This document shows positions 25,810 to 38,880 of a DNA stretch of 64,000 nt, in pieces. The stretch is from Octopus sinensis (taxonomy: Eukaryota), in assembly GCF_006345805.1 (NCBI RefSeq), contig NC_043012.1, positions 45,198,001 to 45,262,000 on the forward strand. Reading direction: 5' to 3'. The notes under the pieces were generated by a model. It did no database searches, was not told the origin of the DNA, and saw only the letters and a program-made list of their open reading frames with translations. Within the stretch, counting starts at the first letter, position 1, and the number at the start of each line of letters is the position of its first letter. Made by a program: the position numbers and the translations under genes.

Positions 25810-27049
25810 GAAGGGAGTTCATTAAAGCCTCCCCCTGACCAACTTCCGGTTGTTGTGGGAAATTATATATGTCTCTACATGTCACTTTGTAAATTGCAGC
25901 TTTCTTCTAATATCCGTTTGATTTTTACGGCTACTGAAGTGGACTAAGGTGTTATAATGGAGGCAGTTGAATGCAGATCAGTGACTAGGCTCTTAAACTT
26001 CAAAGGTCGTATACCAAAAGAGATTTTCGGTGAGATGAAGGAAGTTTATGGTGATGATGCTCCATCATACGACATAGCGAAGCACTGGCAACGCCAGTTC
26101 AATTGTGGTCGGACATCGCTTTAAACCGCTCCTATTCCTGAACCACCACTTCCCGCCATTGATGACGGCACCATCCATACAGTGGAAGCCACCATTTTGG
26201 AGGATCACCGCATAACTATTCAGCAGTTAGCCCAAGTAATGAAGACAAGAGTAAGGTCTGTGGAAAAAATCATTCACGACCATTTGCTCATGCAGAAGTT
26301 GTCTGTATGATGGATCACAGCTTTTCAGAAGCAGGAACGAATCAATTGCTCCCAGGCTCTTTTGGCAATGTACCAAAAAAAACGAGGAGGATTTTTCGGC
26401 AGACTTCTCACTCAAGATAAAACATGGGTCCATCATTATGAATCTGAGACTAAATTCCAGTCGAAGCAATGGGAGCATGATAACTCACCAACTACAAAGA
26501 AGGGTCATGTCCAACCCTCAGCAGGTAAGGTGATGCTCACAGTTTTGGGGGAACGGCGTTGAGTAGTGATGATGGATTTTTGGGGCAAAAGGCACCACAA
26601 TTAACAGGGCATATTATGATTCTCTGTTGCAGAACTTACAGGGCACCATCAAAGCAGTGAGGCGCGGCATACTGACCAAAGTAGTCCGCCTCCTTCAAGA
26701 CAGCGCCCCAGTTCGCAATGCGCATATTGCCCAGATGAAAACAGACTCCTGCGGCTACGAAATCCTTTCTCGTCGCCATTGCTCTTTCCCCTCGCACCAT
26801 CTGACTTCCACATGCTTCCAACCATGAAGTATTTCTTGAAGCGGAAGCACTTTTCGGATAATTAACTTATATCCGATGCAAAGTCTTGGCTCCAGACGCA
26901 AGCTACAGTCTACTACAGACGAGGTCTTCAAAGTTGCATAAATCGATGGGAGAAGTGTGTAGAGAAGGACTAATAATTATGCTAAGTTTCATTTATCCCA
27001 ACAGTTCTTGGAAAGCGGGTCAGGGGAAATCTTTAATCAACACCCCTCG
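25809..27049 (+). mobile_element. full-length mariner transposon (about 1.24 kb), degenerate
   Basis: TIRs cgaagggagttcattaaag..cccctgacc and ggtcagggg..ctttaatcaacacccctcg; TA flank; TQDKTWVHHYESETKFQSKQW, SAGKVMLTV, LLQDSAPVRNAH. Confidence 0.93.
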
Positions 27050-27172
27050 TGTGTGTGTGAGTGTATATATATATATATATATAAATTGTCATATATACAT
27101 GTATATACATATATATATATACATATACACACACATATATGTATATATACATATACATACATATATACATAC

Positions 27173-27231
<59 letters not shown>

Positions 27232-27296
27232 TAAAACAGTAAGATAACAAAAGAAAGAAAGAGACCTCAATATTGTGTAAATAGAGGAAATTTATC

Positions 27297-27509
27297 TATA
27301 AAATAATATGTTACATTACTCGATAGTCAAGATAAAACTCTGAGTTTCAGATGCCGAAGTGGGAATCCACGCCGCCATCTCTTCGGTTATCAGGCTATTT
27401 CATAGTGTGTTATCAAATAGCCAGATAACCGAAGAGATGGCGGCGTGGATTCCCACTTCGGCATCTGAAACTCAGAGTTTTATCTTGACTATCGAGTAAT
27501 GTAACATAT

Positions 27510-27518
<9 letters not shown>
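27297..27518. repeat. near-perfect palindrome: 104-bp arms, 14-nt spacer, 1 mismatch; Penelope-type inverted ends
   Basis: 27297-27400 is the reverse complement of 27415-27518. Confidence 0.95.
27423..27485 (+). ncRNA. type I hammerhead-ribozyme-like motif (variant); mirror copy on the - strand at 27330-27392
   Basis: stem I AGATAA/TTATCT, core CCGAAGA, stem II GATG/CATC, (T)GAAA, palindromic stem III CTC-A-GAG, GUU site. Confidence 0.45.
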
Positions 27519-27591
<73 letters not shown>

Positions 27592-27598
27592 ATATATA

Positions 27599-27750
27599 CA
27601 GGGTTTGGACCAAAAAATGGAAACACCTAGCATCATAGCATCATAATTTTGAAATATCTATACAACTACCAAAAGCTTGTATTTTTTTATCTTTTTTGAT
27701 TATTATTAGTGTTGCTTGATATGTTTTGCTAAAATTCCTATTTCTTTTCA
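27599..27750 (+). mobile_element. Tc1-like terminal fragment
   Basis: TA|CAGGGTTTGGACCAAAAAATGGAAACAC resembles a Tc1-type TIR; no partner end found. Confidence 0.4.
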
Positions 27751-28640
27751 GATATCATCTGGGTGTTGGGTGTCCACCTGAGATTCTAAAACATATACCG
27801 AGAGAGATAAAAATCAAACATCCAGTCAAAATCAATATATATGGAGTGATGGTAACATTACACCTTCGTTCATCTCCCTATACGTCCTCACACTCAACAC
27901 GGAAGAGGTAGGGTGCCCTAGTTCAAGTGGATGGCTGCTGGATTCTTGAGGGACGCCCCCACACGTGTCACCTGTGCCTGGAATCGGGCCACATCAAAAA
28001 GAATTGCTCCCAGGACCAGAGTAGGGTCCTGGAGCAGTTGGTTGTGGAAAATCCCCCTCCTTCTCCGGAAGGAAAGATGGAGGTAGGCGAGGAGGGACAG
28101 ACCTTCCCCGGAATAAAGGGGAGAAAAAGAAAGAAGGTGAGCAAAAATGGTTGCTCAACGATGGATTCTAAAGCTGCGTGAGGAAGCGTTATTCCTCCGG
28201 TTAAGTCGAAGGGACCAACCCCTCACGTACTACCAAGGACAAAAAAGAAGAAAAAAAAGAATAGGACAGTGCCGGCGGTTTGCAGTGCACTGCCGGCATG
28301 ATCCGAAACCTCGTCGGTGGAAATTGTGGCACCGACGGAGGAATCTGTGGCCCTCACCCAGAGAAAATAGTGAGGAATTTGTGATATTCTTTCTGAAAGG
28401 ATGTGCTGTAGAGAACTTTGTAAGAAGTTTGAATGTCGGGAACTGGCGGTCCCGACCTGCATTGGTAGCCCACATTGGTCTCCGAAGGTGGGTGCTGAGG
28501 TCATGGAAGAGAGTTACTTTAATAAGATAATGGATGCCTTTTCTAAGAAGGAATTTAATTACCTTTTCTGGTTCCCCGACTTGCTACTGCGGGATTGCCT
28601 ACAGGCGGCGAGAGATTTGATCGAGGAGGTGGAGTGAGAG
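27750..28640 (+). mobile_element. LINE ORF1 (gag-like CCHC knuckle, Tx1/L1-like), degenerate
   Basis: ILEGRPHTCHLCLESGHIKKNC; frameshifts and stops. Confidence 0.7.
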
Positions 28641-28871
28641 GTCTTGATTTGGACCTCTTTGACTTGTAAGAGGCTCAGCGCCTCAATTTATGTTACTGTA
28701 AGAGGTTTATTACCTCATTTGTGTTTTAAAAAGAAGAAAAACAGATCAGTGTTCTCGGCGGGCGTCGTTTGCTTCTCTCATCAATATCATTATTTTGCTC
28801 ATCATTCATTTCATTTGTGTTGTCCAGCCCGCACTTGCTTCTATCTTTCTAATGCTTTTATGGCAAATTTG

Positions 28872-28943
28872 ATGAAATAAAGAAGCTTGCTTCCCAATCA
28901 CAAGGTTCCTGGTTCACTCGCACTACGTGGCACTTTGGGTCGA
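28872..28943 (+). mobile_element. SINE family A head fragment
   Basis: aagcttgcttcccaatcacaaggttcctggttcactcgcactacgtggcactttggg. Confidence 0.7.
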
Positions 28944-28952
28944 CATACATAC

Positions 28953-29046
<94 letters not shown>

Positions 29047-29209
29047 GTACACACATGATTTTATATATATACATAATTACATATATTTATATGTATGCAT
29101 GTATCTATGTGTGCATATACACATGTTTTTATAATATATATATATACATATTTACACACACACGCACACACACACACACACACACACACCACACACACAC
29201 ACATGCATA

Positions 29210-29244
<35 letters not shown>

Positions 29245-29269
29245 TGTATGTATATAAGATATCTTCAGA

Positions 29270-30040
29270 TGAGACAGCATTTCAAAATTCTGCGCCGTAT
29301 TCTAATAATGCATTAGGGAACAGTGGATTCTCAGAGAAGATTCCGTATAATCATACTAATTCTAGGACTAATATATCACGTAGAACTAGTACTAGGAAAG
29401 ATTTGTGTTTCAATCAGGCATTTAATATTGTAAAAACAAATATAGGTAGGGAAATCTTAAAACTAGTTTCTAAACATTTTCAAACTAGCCATAAGTTCTA
29501 TAGAGTTTTTAATAGAACACTGGTAGTTACCTATTCTTGCTGCTAAAACTTCGCCTCTTTTATTAACCAGAATAATACAAAGATTATTATAAACAACCAC
29601 AGTGCTGAATTTAACCAGAAGAACTGCAATTTCAAAGATAAGACTTGCTGTCCGTTATAAGGAAAAGGTCTTGAAAAGGAATAGTTTATAGAGTTAAAGT
29701 GCAATTCGATGGCTCTCAAGAATATAAAACATACACAGGGACTTCAGAAAATTTAATCAAGCCTAGGTTTTATTCCCACCGAAATTATTTCTGTTACTCC
29801 GAGAATAGGACAGCAACAAATCTGCAAAACATATCTGGCAACTAAAGGAGAATGACATCCGTCCTTTCAATATCAACTGGACAATTTTGGAAAAAGCAAC
29901 ACCATGTAAACATGGAGCTTCTAGAAGACCTATGAAATGTAATCTTTGCCTTTCAGAAAAGTTCTTCATCCTGTTCCAAGATAAACATGTATTGAACCAG
30001 AGACATTAACTCTTAAATTCCTCCAGGCACGCTGCGGGGT
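29270..30040 (+). mobile_element. Penelope-like element C-terminal (post-RT/GIY-YIG region) fragment
   Basis: FNQAFNIVKTNIGREILKLVSKHF..HKFYRVFNRTLVVTYSC, then ICQIWQLKENDIRPFNINWTILEKATPCKHG...CNLCLSEKFFIL-like segment. Confidence 0.8.
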
Positions 30041-30495
30041 TTAAAATGTCAATCGAAAAATTCCGTATGGGCAAACATTTTTAACTTTTGGAAGAAATTT
30101 TGGCTTTCGCAATTGAATTTGGTTTTACACCTAATATATAATCATTTGTTTTGTGTTACAATGATAGTTCATATTTCGACTTCAAATTTTATATTTTATA
30201 TCCGACTTTTAAGAAGGCCTTCGACTGTTTTACAAATTCAAATTTAAGTTTCTGCGAGGTTTAATTTTTTTACTCATTTTTATATATTTAAATTTTAAAT
30301 TATTATTTCAAATTTTATATTTTAAATTTATGTACTTATATTACATTTAATTACATTAATTTATTGTACAATTTTCTCATTTTAATATTCTATATACCAG
30401 ACAGTTTTTAAATATATTTGTATGTGTATATACGCTGTAGTGTATATATTCATCTTGATGTGAAGAAATATCTGCATATATATATATATATATAT

Positions 30496-30850
30496 AGGCG
30501 CAGGAGTGGTTGTGTGGAAGTAGCTTGCTAACCAACCACATGGTTCCGGGTTCAGTCTCACGCGTGGCATCTTGGCAAGTCTTTCCTGTTCTGTATAGCC
30601 CGGCCGACCAATGCCTTGTGAGTGGATTTGGTAGACGGAAACTGAAAGAAGCCTGTCGTATATTGTATATATGTATGTGTGTGTGTTTGTGTGTCTGTGT
30701 TTGTACCCCTAGCATTGCTTGACAACCGATGCTGGTATGTTTACGTCCCCGTAACTTAGCGGTTCGGCAAAAGAGACCGATAGAATAAGTACTGGGCTTA
30801 CAAAGAATAAGTCCCGGGGTCGATTTGCTCGACTAAAGGCGGTGCTCCAA
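30496..30850 (+). mobile_element. SINE family A
   Basis: ggcgcaggagtggttgtgtgg...cgatttgctcgactaaaggcggtgctcc. Confidence 0.92.
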
Positions 30851-31795
30851 GAGATATATATCTACGTATGTTTGTTTGTATATTTGTATTCGTGTATATA
30901 TGTGTGTTTGTACATGTATGTAGGCATTTATGTAGATGTGCATGTTGTTTTATATGTGTGCATTTGCAAGCTGACCGATCCATCTAACATTTGTTGGCCA
31001 CTTTTCAGGAACGCCACCTTCCAAATCATCTTTTTCTTTCTCTCCATCTATTTTTCTCTTTCTAATATTCTCTCTCTCTCTTTCTTTCTTTTTTTATTTC
31101 TTTGATCACTTCCTTTTTTCTTTTCCTCTTTTTCTTCCTCCCTTTTTCTTTCTGATTTTCTTTTCGTTTTCTTTCTCTAGTTGTAACTAAGTTGTACATT
31201 TAAAACACACACGGAGAAATATGTGCGTATATATGTACGTGGATAACTATATATGCATTTATGTCTTGCCTGTATTTGTATATTTTTAGCCATTTACCAA
31301 CGCTTGCATGTTTTGTGTATATATGTATACATAGGGCTTTGTTATGTGTATATATTACTAAATGTATATTTATTTTATGACGTTAGTTCTTTTTAAATGT
31401 TTTTATTTTAAACGGATATATAATTTACTTTATTTAAATTCATTATTTTTTACCATTAATTATTTACCCTGAGTATACAGGTATTTTTCCTTCTACTAAA
31501 TCTATTTTTTGATATAAGGTTTTCTTCGATTTTAATAATAATATGATTTTAAACCGTAATTGTAATTTCATGTAACCAGTTATTGTAAAGACCGTTACTT
31601 GAAAGGATCAATGAAACAGAACCCTTCTCAAATGTGTATATTTATGCATATAACCTTTATTTTGTTCCATTCTAAACCCAAACTGTCCGACGAACAGTTT
31701 TTGTGATGTCTTTGCATCTTTATTAATAAAGCCTATTACTCTACCTTCGGTGTTCGAGTTCTATTTTCCACACCTTGTTTCGCATTCATATGGTT

Positions 31796-31852
<57 letters not shown>

Positions 31853-32031
31853 TGTATGTATTAGAAGTGCACACGCATACATATCTATTTTTTTAATATA
31901 ATTAGCATTTTCTTATTAAGCATACGATGATTATCATATATTTCATTGGATCCTAAAGGATTATGTTATTCGGGTTTTCAAAATGCAACACACTTTATAT
32001 TTTGAATCAAAATGGCTAAGTTTCTCCGTAG

Positions 32032-32247
32032 TAGACAAAATGATAGACCCGAAAGTACGCAACGTGGAGCCTGTTTGCTAACTTTTCTGGGTAATGGGAA
32101 AACACGTTCGTGTTTAGTGAATATATCGCTAATTAAAATAAAGTATTCCTTACATATATTCGTGTGTCCCAACGAAATGGAAATCTTCAAAAGAAATCCA
32201 TGTGAACTTCCAGTAATACATTTTAGAATAAAGGACAACAGTGCAGG
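32032..32247 (+). CDS. candidate internal coding exon (216 bp, phase 2-2), weakly PH-domain-like
   Basis: acceptor tttctccgtag|, donor GG|GTAAGT, open frame RQNDRPESTQRGACLLTFLGNGKTRSCLVNISLIKIKYSLHIFVCPNEMEIFKRNPCELPVIHFRIKDNSAG. Confidence 0.4.
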
Positions 32248-32749
32248 GTAAGTTTCAATTAGAGTTTAAATATATAACAAATTTGTTAGTTATGATTTCT
32301 TAAAAATTGCCAAGTAAGAAGAAATAGCAACCAGGCCTCTCCAAACAGCATTCCTTACTCGATATTGAAACCGGAACGGTTACAGCTTTACCATTATATT
32401 CTTCGGGACAACAATAAAACTGTTTTACGTTTACAACGACAAATAACTGAACAAACGCCTACGAATTATTATTACTTGTTTCATTGAGAAAGGATGGGGG
32501 ACGGAATTCACACTTGACAGAATTTGAACTCTCAACATGGAAACATCAAAGCGAATGCCACGAAGCAGCGAGCCTCGATAGTTAGTGTCTGTGATGACAT
32601 CCACGTACATCGTCAGCAATATCATTTACAACAATAACAATTCAAAATCAAAGAACTCGACCAACATTATTGAAAAGAGCAACACCCTACATAACCTCGT
32701 TCCCCCCACCCGTCCCATTTACTGCTACTCATTCAGCTCCATTTCGTTG

Positions 32750-33075
32750 TCGTCGTCATCATCATCATCATCATCATCGTTACCACAAATATTGATTCAA
32801 TAGTAAACCGAACTGTAACATCACTGTATTGCTGCTGTTGCTGTATTACTAATACGGCAACTACTACAACAACTACAACTACTACTACTGATACTGCTGC
32901 TGCTACCAATACTATTCTACTATTACTGCTGCTGCAACTACAACAACAACAACAACTACTACTACTACTATTACCACTACTACTGCTGCTGCTACTACTA
33001 CTACTACAACTACTACTACTACTTCTACTACAACTACTACTGCTGCTACTGCTAGTACCACTACTACTACTGCTG

Positions 33076-33110
<35 letters not shown>

Positions 33111-33162
33111 GCTGCTGCTGTTACTACTAGGACTACTACTACTACTACTGCTGCTGCTGCTA

Positions 33163-33196
<34 letters not shown>

Positions 33197-33225
33197 ACTA
33201 CTACTACTACTACTACTACTACTAC
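32750..33225. repeat. compound trinucleotide microsatellite (ATC/CTA/CTG/CAA)n
   Basis: read directly. Confidence 0.95.
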
Positions 33226-33757
33226 AAACTGTGATCACAGCCTGGAGAATTACTAAATTACGGAACACCATTTATTTCATACCATACACAGCACACACTA
33301 CCGTCTCACTAACGGCAATAATATCACCTACGCACTAACAACACAAGTCACCACAGTTTTCTACTACAATCAGGTTATATGTCAAAGTTAATAATAACAG
33401 TTTAGTTTATTTAGTGTTTAATCTCGCTCGTTAGTGTTCCGTGTAAATGTCTCTCTTAAGGCCATTACTAGAATTTGCTTAGTCTTGAATGTTCAGCCAA
33501 TTTGATAGACGGACTGACAGCCAGCCAGACAGCGTCTGCATAGAGAGGTTAGTAGGGTGAAGCAAAATAACATTAAAATATTCACACGAAAAGAAATAAA
33601 AACTTAACTATTGTAACAACGTTCAGTAAGCAGGGGGCCCCACAATCGAACGTACACAAACACGTGTCTGTGTGTGTGCACGTATGCGTGCGTGCATGCG
33701 CGCGCGCGTGTATGTACATTGGTGAAACTAAAAGTTAGCAGTAATTATATATACATG

Positions 33758-33823
<66 letters not shown>

Positions 33824-34029
33824 CACACATATATATACACACACACGTATATTGTATTCACACATATATATATGTGTGAATATATATAAGTTACACACAC
33901 ATATATATCTCCATTTTAGGATGTGGGTATGCTTAATCTATGTGTATTGAGTGGTGTATTTTATGTGTGATTGTAAGTATGCTCATGAGTTTACATATTC
34001 GTGTGTATATTAGTCAGGTATCCATTTAC

Positions 34030-34031
<2 letters not shown>

Positions 34032-34090
<59 letters not shown>

Positions 34091-34128
34091 AGAGAGAGAA
34101 AGGACGACGGAAGGGAAGGCTAGAGTGA

Positions 34129-34195
<67 letters not shown>
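34032..34195. repeat. (GA)n microsatellite
   Basis: read directly. Confidence 0.95.
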
Positions 34196-34201
<6 letters not shown>

Positions 34202-34962
34202 ATTGGTATATGGATATTACTTTTAGCTGCTTGTGGCCTATGCCATATCGGATTAATAGCGTCACATGATAACTAAATTTTATATGTATAAGCAATCTCC
34301 ATTGCTCGTTCAAGCAAGGTGTTATTGTTTGTGGAAATATAGCCAGGTGTGTATGAGACTGTTGGCTTGTCTGGAATTGTGTGAAGAAATTGAACAGTAC
34401 GCACAGTAGAATCAGAAATTTAGATTATGTCACAAGGTGTAAGGTGAAAAATGAGTGTACGCCATACTAGCTACAGTTTGAGAAAATTGTAAAAACTCAA
34501 CAGTGACTTTAATCACCCCTGTTGGTAGGTGGGAGGATAAATTAATAAACGTTTAAAGTAAACTCAAGATGCTTAGACTGTATCAGAAAAATAAACAAAA
34601 AAAAAACAAAAAGAGCAACTTCATGAACGCACTGTTACTGGCCAAACGTTTTCACTCAACCCACAAATGTATCGGAAAACGAAACATTATGAGAGTAAAA
34701 ATAACATCTTTCCTACAACCTATTGCATCATTTTCTTTTAAGATATTTAATGGAACGCGAGATGCCAACCTTAATACATATATTTCATACGAATAGCTAA
34801 AGAAAAATATTCATTCGCAACTGAAATCGGAAAGAAATCTACGAATAGACACTGGTAGAAGTTATTTATATTTTCAAGAAATTACGTTGCATTTAATCGA
34901 AGTAGCTAAATGCTGCTATTGATAAAAGCGTTAAGTTGGGAGAAAACTATCGCATCTGTTGC

Positions 34963-35368
34963 TTACTCTCTTTTACTCTCCTTTACTTGTTTCAGTCATT
35001 TGACTGTGGCCGTGCTGGAGCACCGTCTTTAGTCGAGGAAATCGACCCCAGGACTTATTCTTTGTAAACCTAGTACTTATTCTATCGGTCTCTTTTGCCG
35101 AACCGCTAAGTTACGGGGACGTAAACACACCAGCATCGGTTTTCAAGCGATGTTGGGGGGGGGGGGCAAATACATACACACAAACACATACACATATATA
35201 TACATATATACGACGGGCTTCTTTCAGTTTCCAAATTCACTCACAAGTCTTTGGTCGGCCCGAGGCTAAAGTAGCAGACACTTGCCCAAGGTGTCACGCA
35301 GTGGGACTGAACCCGGAACCATGTGGTTGATAAGCAAGCTACTTACCACACAGCCACTCCTGCGCCTA
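34963..35368 (-). mobile_element. full-length SINE family A
   Basis: reverse complement of the family A head and tail, including an (AAAAGAGT)n-like tail. Confidence 0.92.
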
Positions 35369-36354
35369 TGTTTAATAAACAACAATATGCTTGTTTAAAT
35401 ATTGTGTGTCCAGACTGGTAAAATTAATTTCGTTAAAAACTATTCTAATAAAATATTAATGAGCAAATGGAAAGAAAGGAATATTCTCAATTTGTCGAAC
35501 TGTTTGAGCTTCATAAACTGCATAGCGGTGTTCCGAGCAAAATAGAGTTAAGAAGCTCAAAATTATTTGCTGTTCACAAACAAAAAACGAGTCTATACAT
35601 TATCTTCAGTATCAATACTGCTACCAAGATTTGGAACTTCAGAGGAACATTGATCCATTGAAGGCTGTAGCAATCCTAACATCGATTCGAAGCTGCCATA
35701 CAAATGCTGAGAAATATTACCTCATAAAGAAGCACAAGAAAGGCGAAGTTTATAATCTAGGCACACTTCAGGTTTCGTATTTTATCATTTAGATGACAAC
35801 TGACAAAACAAAGTAAAACATATCAATCATCAGGGAAGATATTCCTACATAAACATTCAGAGACTGATGATAAAATAGGTGAGTCTCGAACTTTTGGATA
35901 GACATTTCAAAGTAACAAATTTTGTGTAATTATTGTTAAAATTAACAACGATGTGAATATTGGCCGAAAATGTATCTTCTATGCGTCACATACGTAAGAT
36001 TATGAGTTTACAATCCAAGTTAGTCATAAAATACCTGATTAACAAAATATTATGAAGGTTTCATAGAGTCAGATTTCGTGTACAATGACATTTTTCATGT
36101 AGCCTAAGAAAACAACGAATATATTCATGTAACGAAATATTTATAAACGATACATTACGAAATATCTACTGAATAATATACAGTTTACCGAATGCAGATA
36201 ACGCCACGGTTACATAATGCATACGTATCGCTTGTAGTCATACATTTTGTTCTTTGCGCTCAACGTTGTGTTTATTTACTCAGATTTCTTAGGGAAATCA
36301 TAATATACAGATACATATACAAATATGACCCGCTAATATACATACATACGTACA

Positions 36355-36388
<34 letters not shown>

Positions 36389-36589
36389 CATACATACATA
36401 CATGCATAAATACATACATACATACATTCATACATACATGGTGGCTGCCCCCTCGTTATCGAGTATGGTCATTGCACGAAGCTTAATCAATGTTGTTATC
36501 ATGCAATGCCTGTGCAAGAAGATTTTTTTTTTAAGTGAGGAAAGGCTGTGCACTGAGTCAATCCCACTCACTAAGCAACAGCAGCCATA

Positions 36590-36945
36590 ATCAGAAAAGA
36601 AGAACAAGTCAACATCATCGGTAACCGCTGAGCCGCAGGTTTTATGTCGGAGTTATCCCAGTTACCTGAGTTACCTTCTCCTAGAAGGATGCCCTAACAA
36701 AAGCTAGGAGTCCTTCACTCCCAATGGTTTAACCGCGCGATCGGGTATTCAGTCCGATTATTTCTATGTCTCCGCGCATGATACAGCCTTAAGACATTTA
36801 TTGGATGGCCGTTGACTCTCAAGAGTTCTTCCGCCCTTTGACGGGCTTTGTTTTTCATCCCGCAGGGTGTCCAATAAACACCCTCCTCACCAAGCAAGCT
36901 TGGTGGGGTTGCCGGATTAGTCGCCGATGACCCGACCATGCAACA
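36590..36945 (-). mobile_element. RTE-type 5' UTR-like structured fragment
   Basis: minus strand gggcatccttctaggagaaggtaactc..taaaacc resembles RTE 5' UTRs; hairpins CACCAAG/CTTGGTG, AGGGTGT/ACACCCT, GCCC/GGGC. Confidence 0.45.
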
Positions 36946-37951
36946 TACATACATACAGGTTCCAACTCGCACTAATACACTTACACTTTATTTCACAAAA
37001 GCATATACATAGAAACTCAGTCACCTCACTCATTGACACAAACACAAGCACACAAAGGTATACACATGCTTTCATGTACATAGACTGACACACACATACA
37101 CATACGCGAACACACACGCACACGTGCATAAGCACAAACACAAATCCTCTATTTTTGTTCCAGCATGTTAGATGTTTAAAAGCCAATGTATAGCATACGA
37201 AGCAATACTAAGCTTGGTAAATCATAGCAGAGAAATTTAAATTAAAAGAAAGTAATCATATTCCGCCACACTAAATGTAAATAATGAAACTGTTTCCATT
37301 GTTATTCTGACAACAGAAACATCATTTGTTGTTGCGTTACTAAATTTTGAAATGCTGGTTTATTGTTATATTTTATTTCTATTTATCTTAACAGACAGCG
37401 TATCACTTCTCATTTTCACAGTTATTCATTAGCAACGTATCAACACCACGAGATAAATATCAGCATCTTGTCGAATTCAACACTCAGTATAGATTTCTGT
37501 TACAAGTATGTATATGGTAAAATGCTTGGAACATTTCAAAACAGTTTGGCATCTGATTATATTTTCTTCATTACATATGTATGTAAATGTGTATGTGTAT
37601 ACAAGATTGTACGTCTTTATGTATGCACAGATGTAAGTTTGTATATATGTATATGCGATGATGTATATTTGTATTTATATCTATATATATAATACGTTAT
37701 AAGTATTCATACATATACGTAATAGAAACAACACACGCAGTATTTAGCAGAACTTAGTTTATTTACTAAAAACATAAAATCTCTTTTAGATATCTGTGAA
37801 TAAGAAATGCAGTGTTTTGGTGCAGTTAAGAAGAAATAAACACATATTTCAAACACTTATCCTGTTATGCAAATTATGCCAGTATACTATAATTAGCTGT
37901 AAGTTTCTATTCTCTCCTTAGACAGAAAAATAATTAATTGATCTTTAATAG

Positions 37952-38017
37952 AACCATAACAGAAGTTGAACATTTCCTGGTCAATCGCTTCCTGTCGTCT
38001 CACAGACAATCATGTAG
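37952..38017 (+). CDS. candidate internal coding exon (66 bp, phase 2-2; TITEVEHFLVNRFLSSHRQSC)
   Basis: acceptor atctttaatag|, donor AG|GTGAGT, open and in phase with 32032-32247. Confidence 0.3.
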
Positions 38018-38049
38018 GTGAGTGTTTCAGTCCACTTGAAAAATTGTGG

Positions 38050-38880
38050 GAAATATGGGAGCAATATCACGTTCTACCTTGCTTTGGCAATGGTATTGCA
38101 ACATTACATATCAATAACTTCTAGGCTACCACTCGTATTCATGTATGACGTTGTAGCAAAGTTTTTTAGTTTCAAATGTAAGGAATAATCTTCATCAACA
38201 GTGCTTTGTTCTTTTGCGTGACAACTAAATACTGTTGACAGATTAGGTGTAGTGGGTCTTGCTTTAGAACAATTTCTCTTTTATTTTTATTGTTCATACA
38301 ATTCCACCGAGCAATATTTTCTCCATTGTTAACATTCTTCCGCCATTATTTGCAGTCAGTTAACCTCTTCTTCCATACAGTTTTATATCACACCACCTGG
38401 TTGAGTGCAATGTCGTGCGATTACTAACTTTTCACATTTCATCTCACCGTAGATCTCAGTTTTGGGTATTTTTGTGTCCTTTATAAACATCACGTGTCCC
38501 ACCTAGCATTAAAACCATTCAATTAGGATAGACTGAACGCTTTGTAGAAACGTAGCTGAAGAAACCGGAAGCTCATCGGTATTTTTGGTATGACAATAAT
38601 ACAGTATGAATGTACTTGAAGAATACAAAACAGAGTAGTACTACACCTCGATAAACTTTGCATTTTATTGACAAGTTTTGTCTCGTTGATTGTACAGTCG
38701 ACCATCTGAGCCTTAAAAAGTGATCATAGTTGATGTATCGGCGATCATTCACCTCCAGATTTTTGTCAGAAATCGCACCGTAACCTTTTTCACCGCACTT
38801 AGAGGCTGACCATGCTGGTCTGGTCGAAGAGTCATGTTATAACATCCACGGTAATACAAAACTTAGGTCACTTTTTACAT
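38050..38880 (-). mobile_element. old RTE-BovB-like LINE 3' fragment
   Basis: LSIKCKVYRGVVL, FLQLRFYKAFSL and a degenerate terminal Cys motif; heavily mutated. Confidence 0.55.

Noticed and set aside
32912-33271. Poly-Val/Ala minus-strand ORF, or a mucin-like Thr-rich + strand frame
   Set aside because: Pure compound trinucleotide repeat without splice signals or flanking coding sequence.
35610-35771. 162-bp phase 0-0 exon candidate (YQYCYQDLELQRNIDPLKAV...)
   Set aside because: Weak donor (gtttcg), incompatible with the phase-2 chain, and no recognisable homology; open frames of this length are expected by chance.
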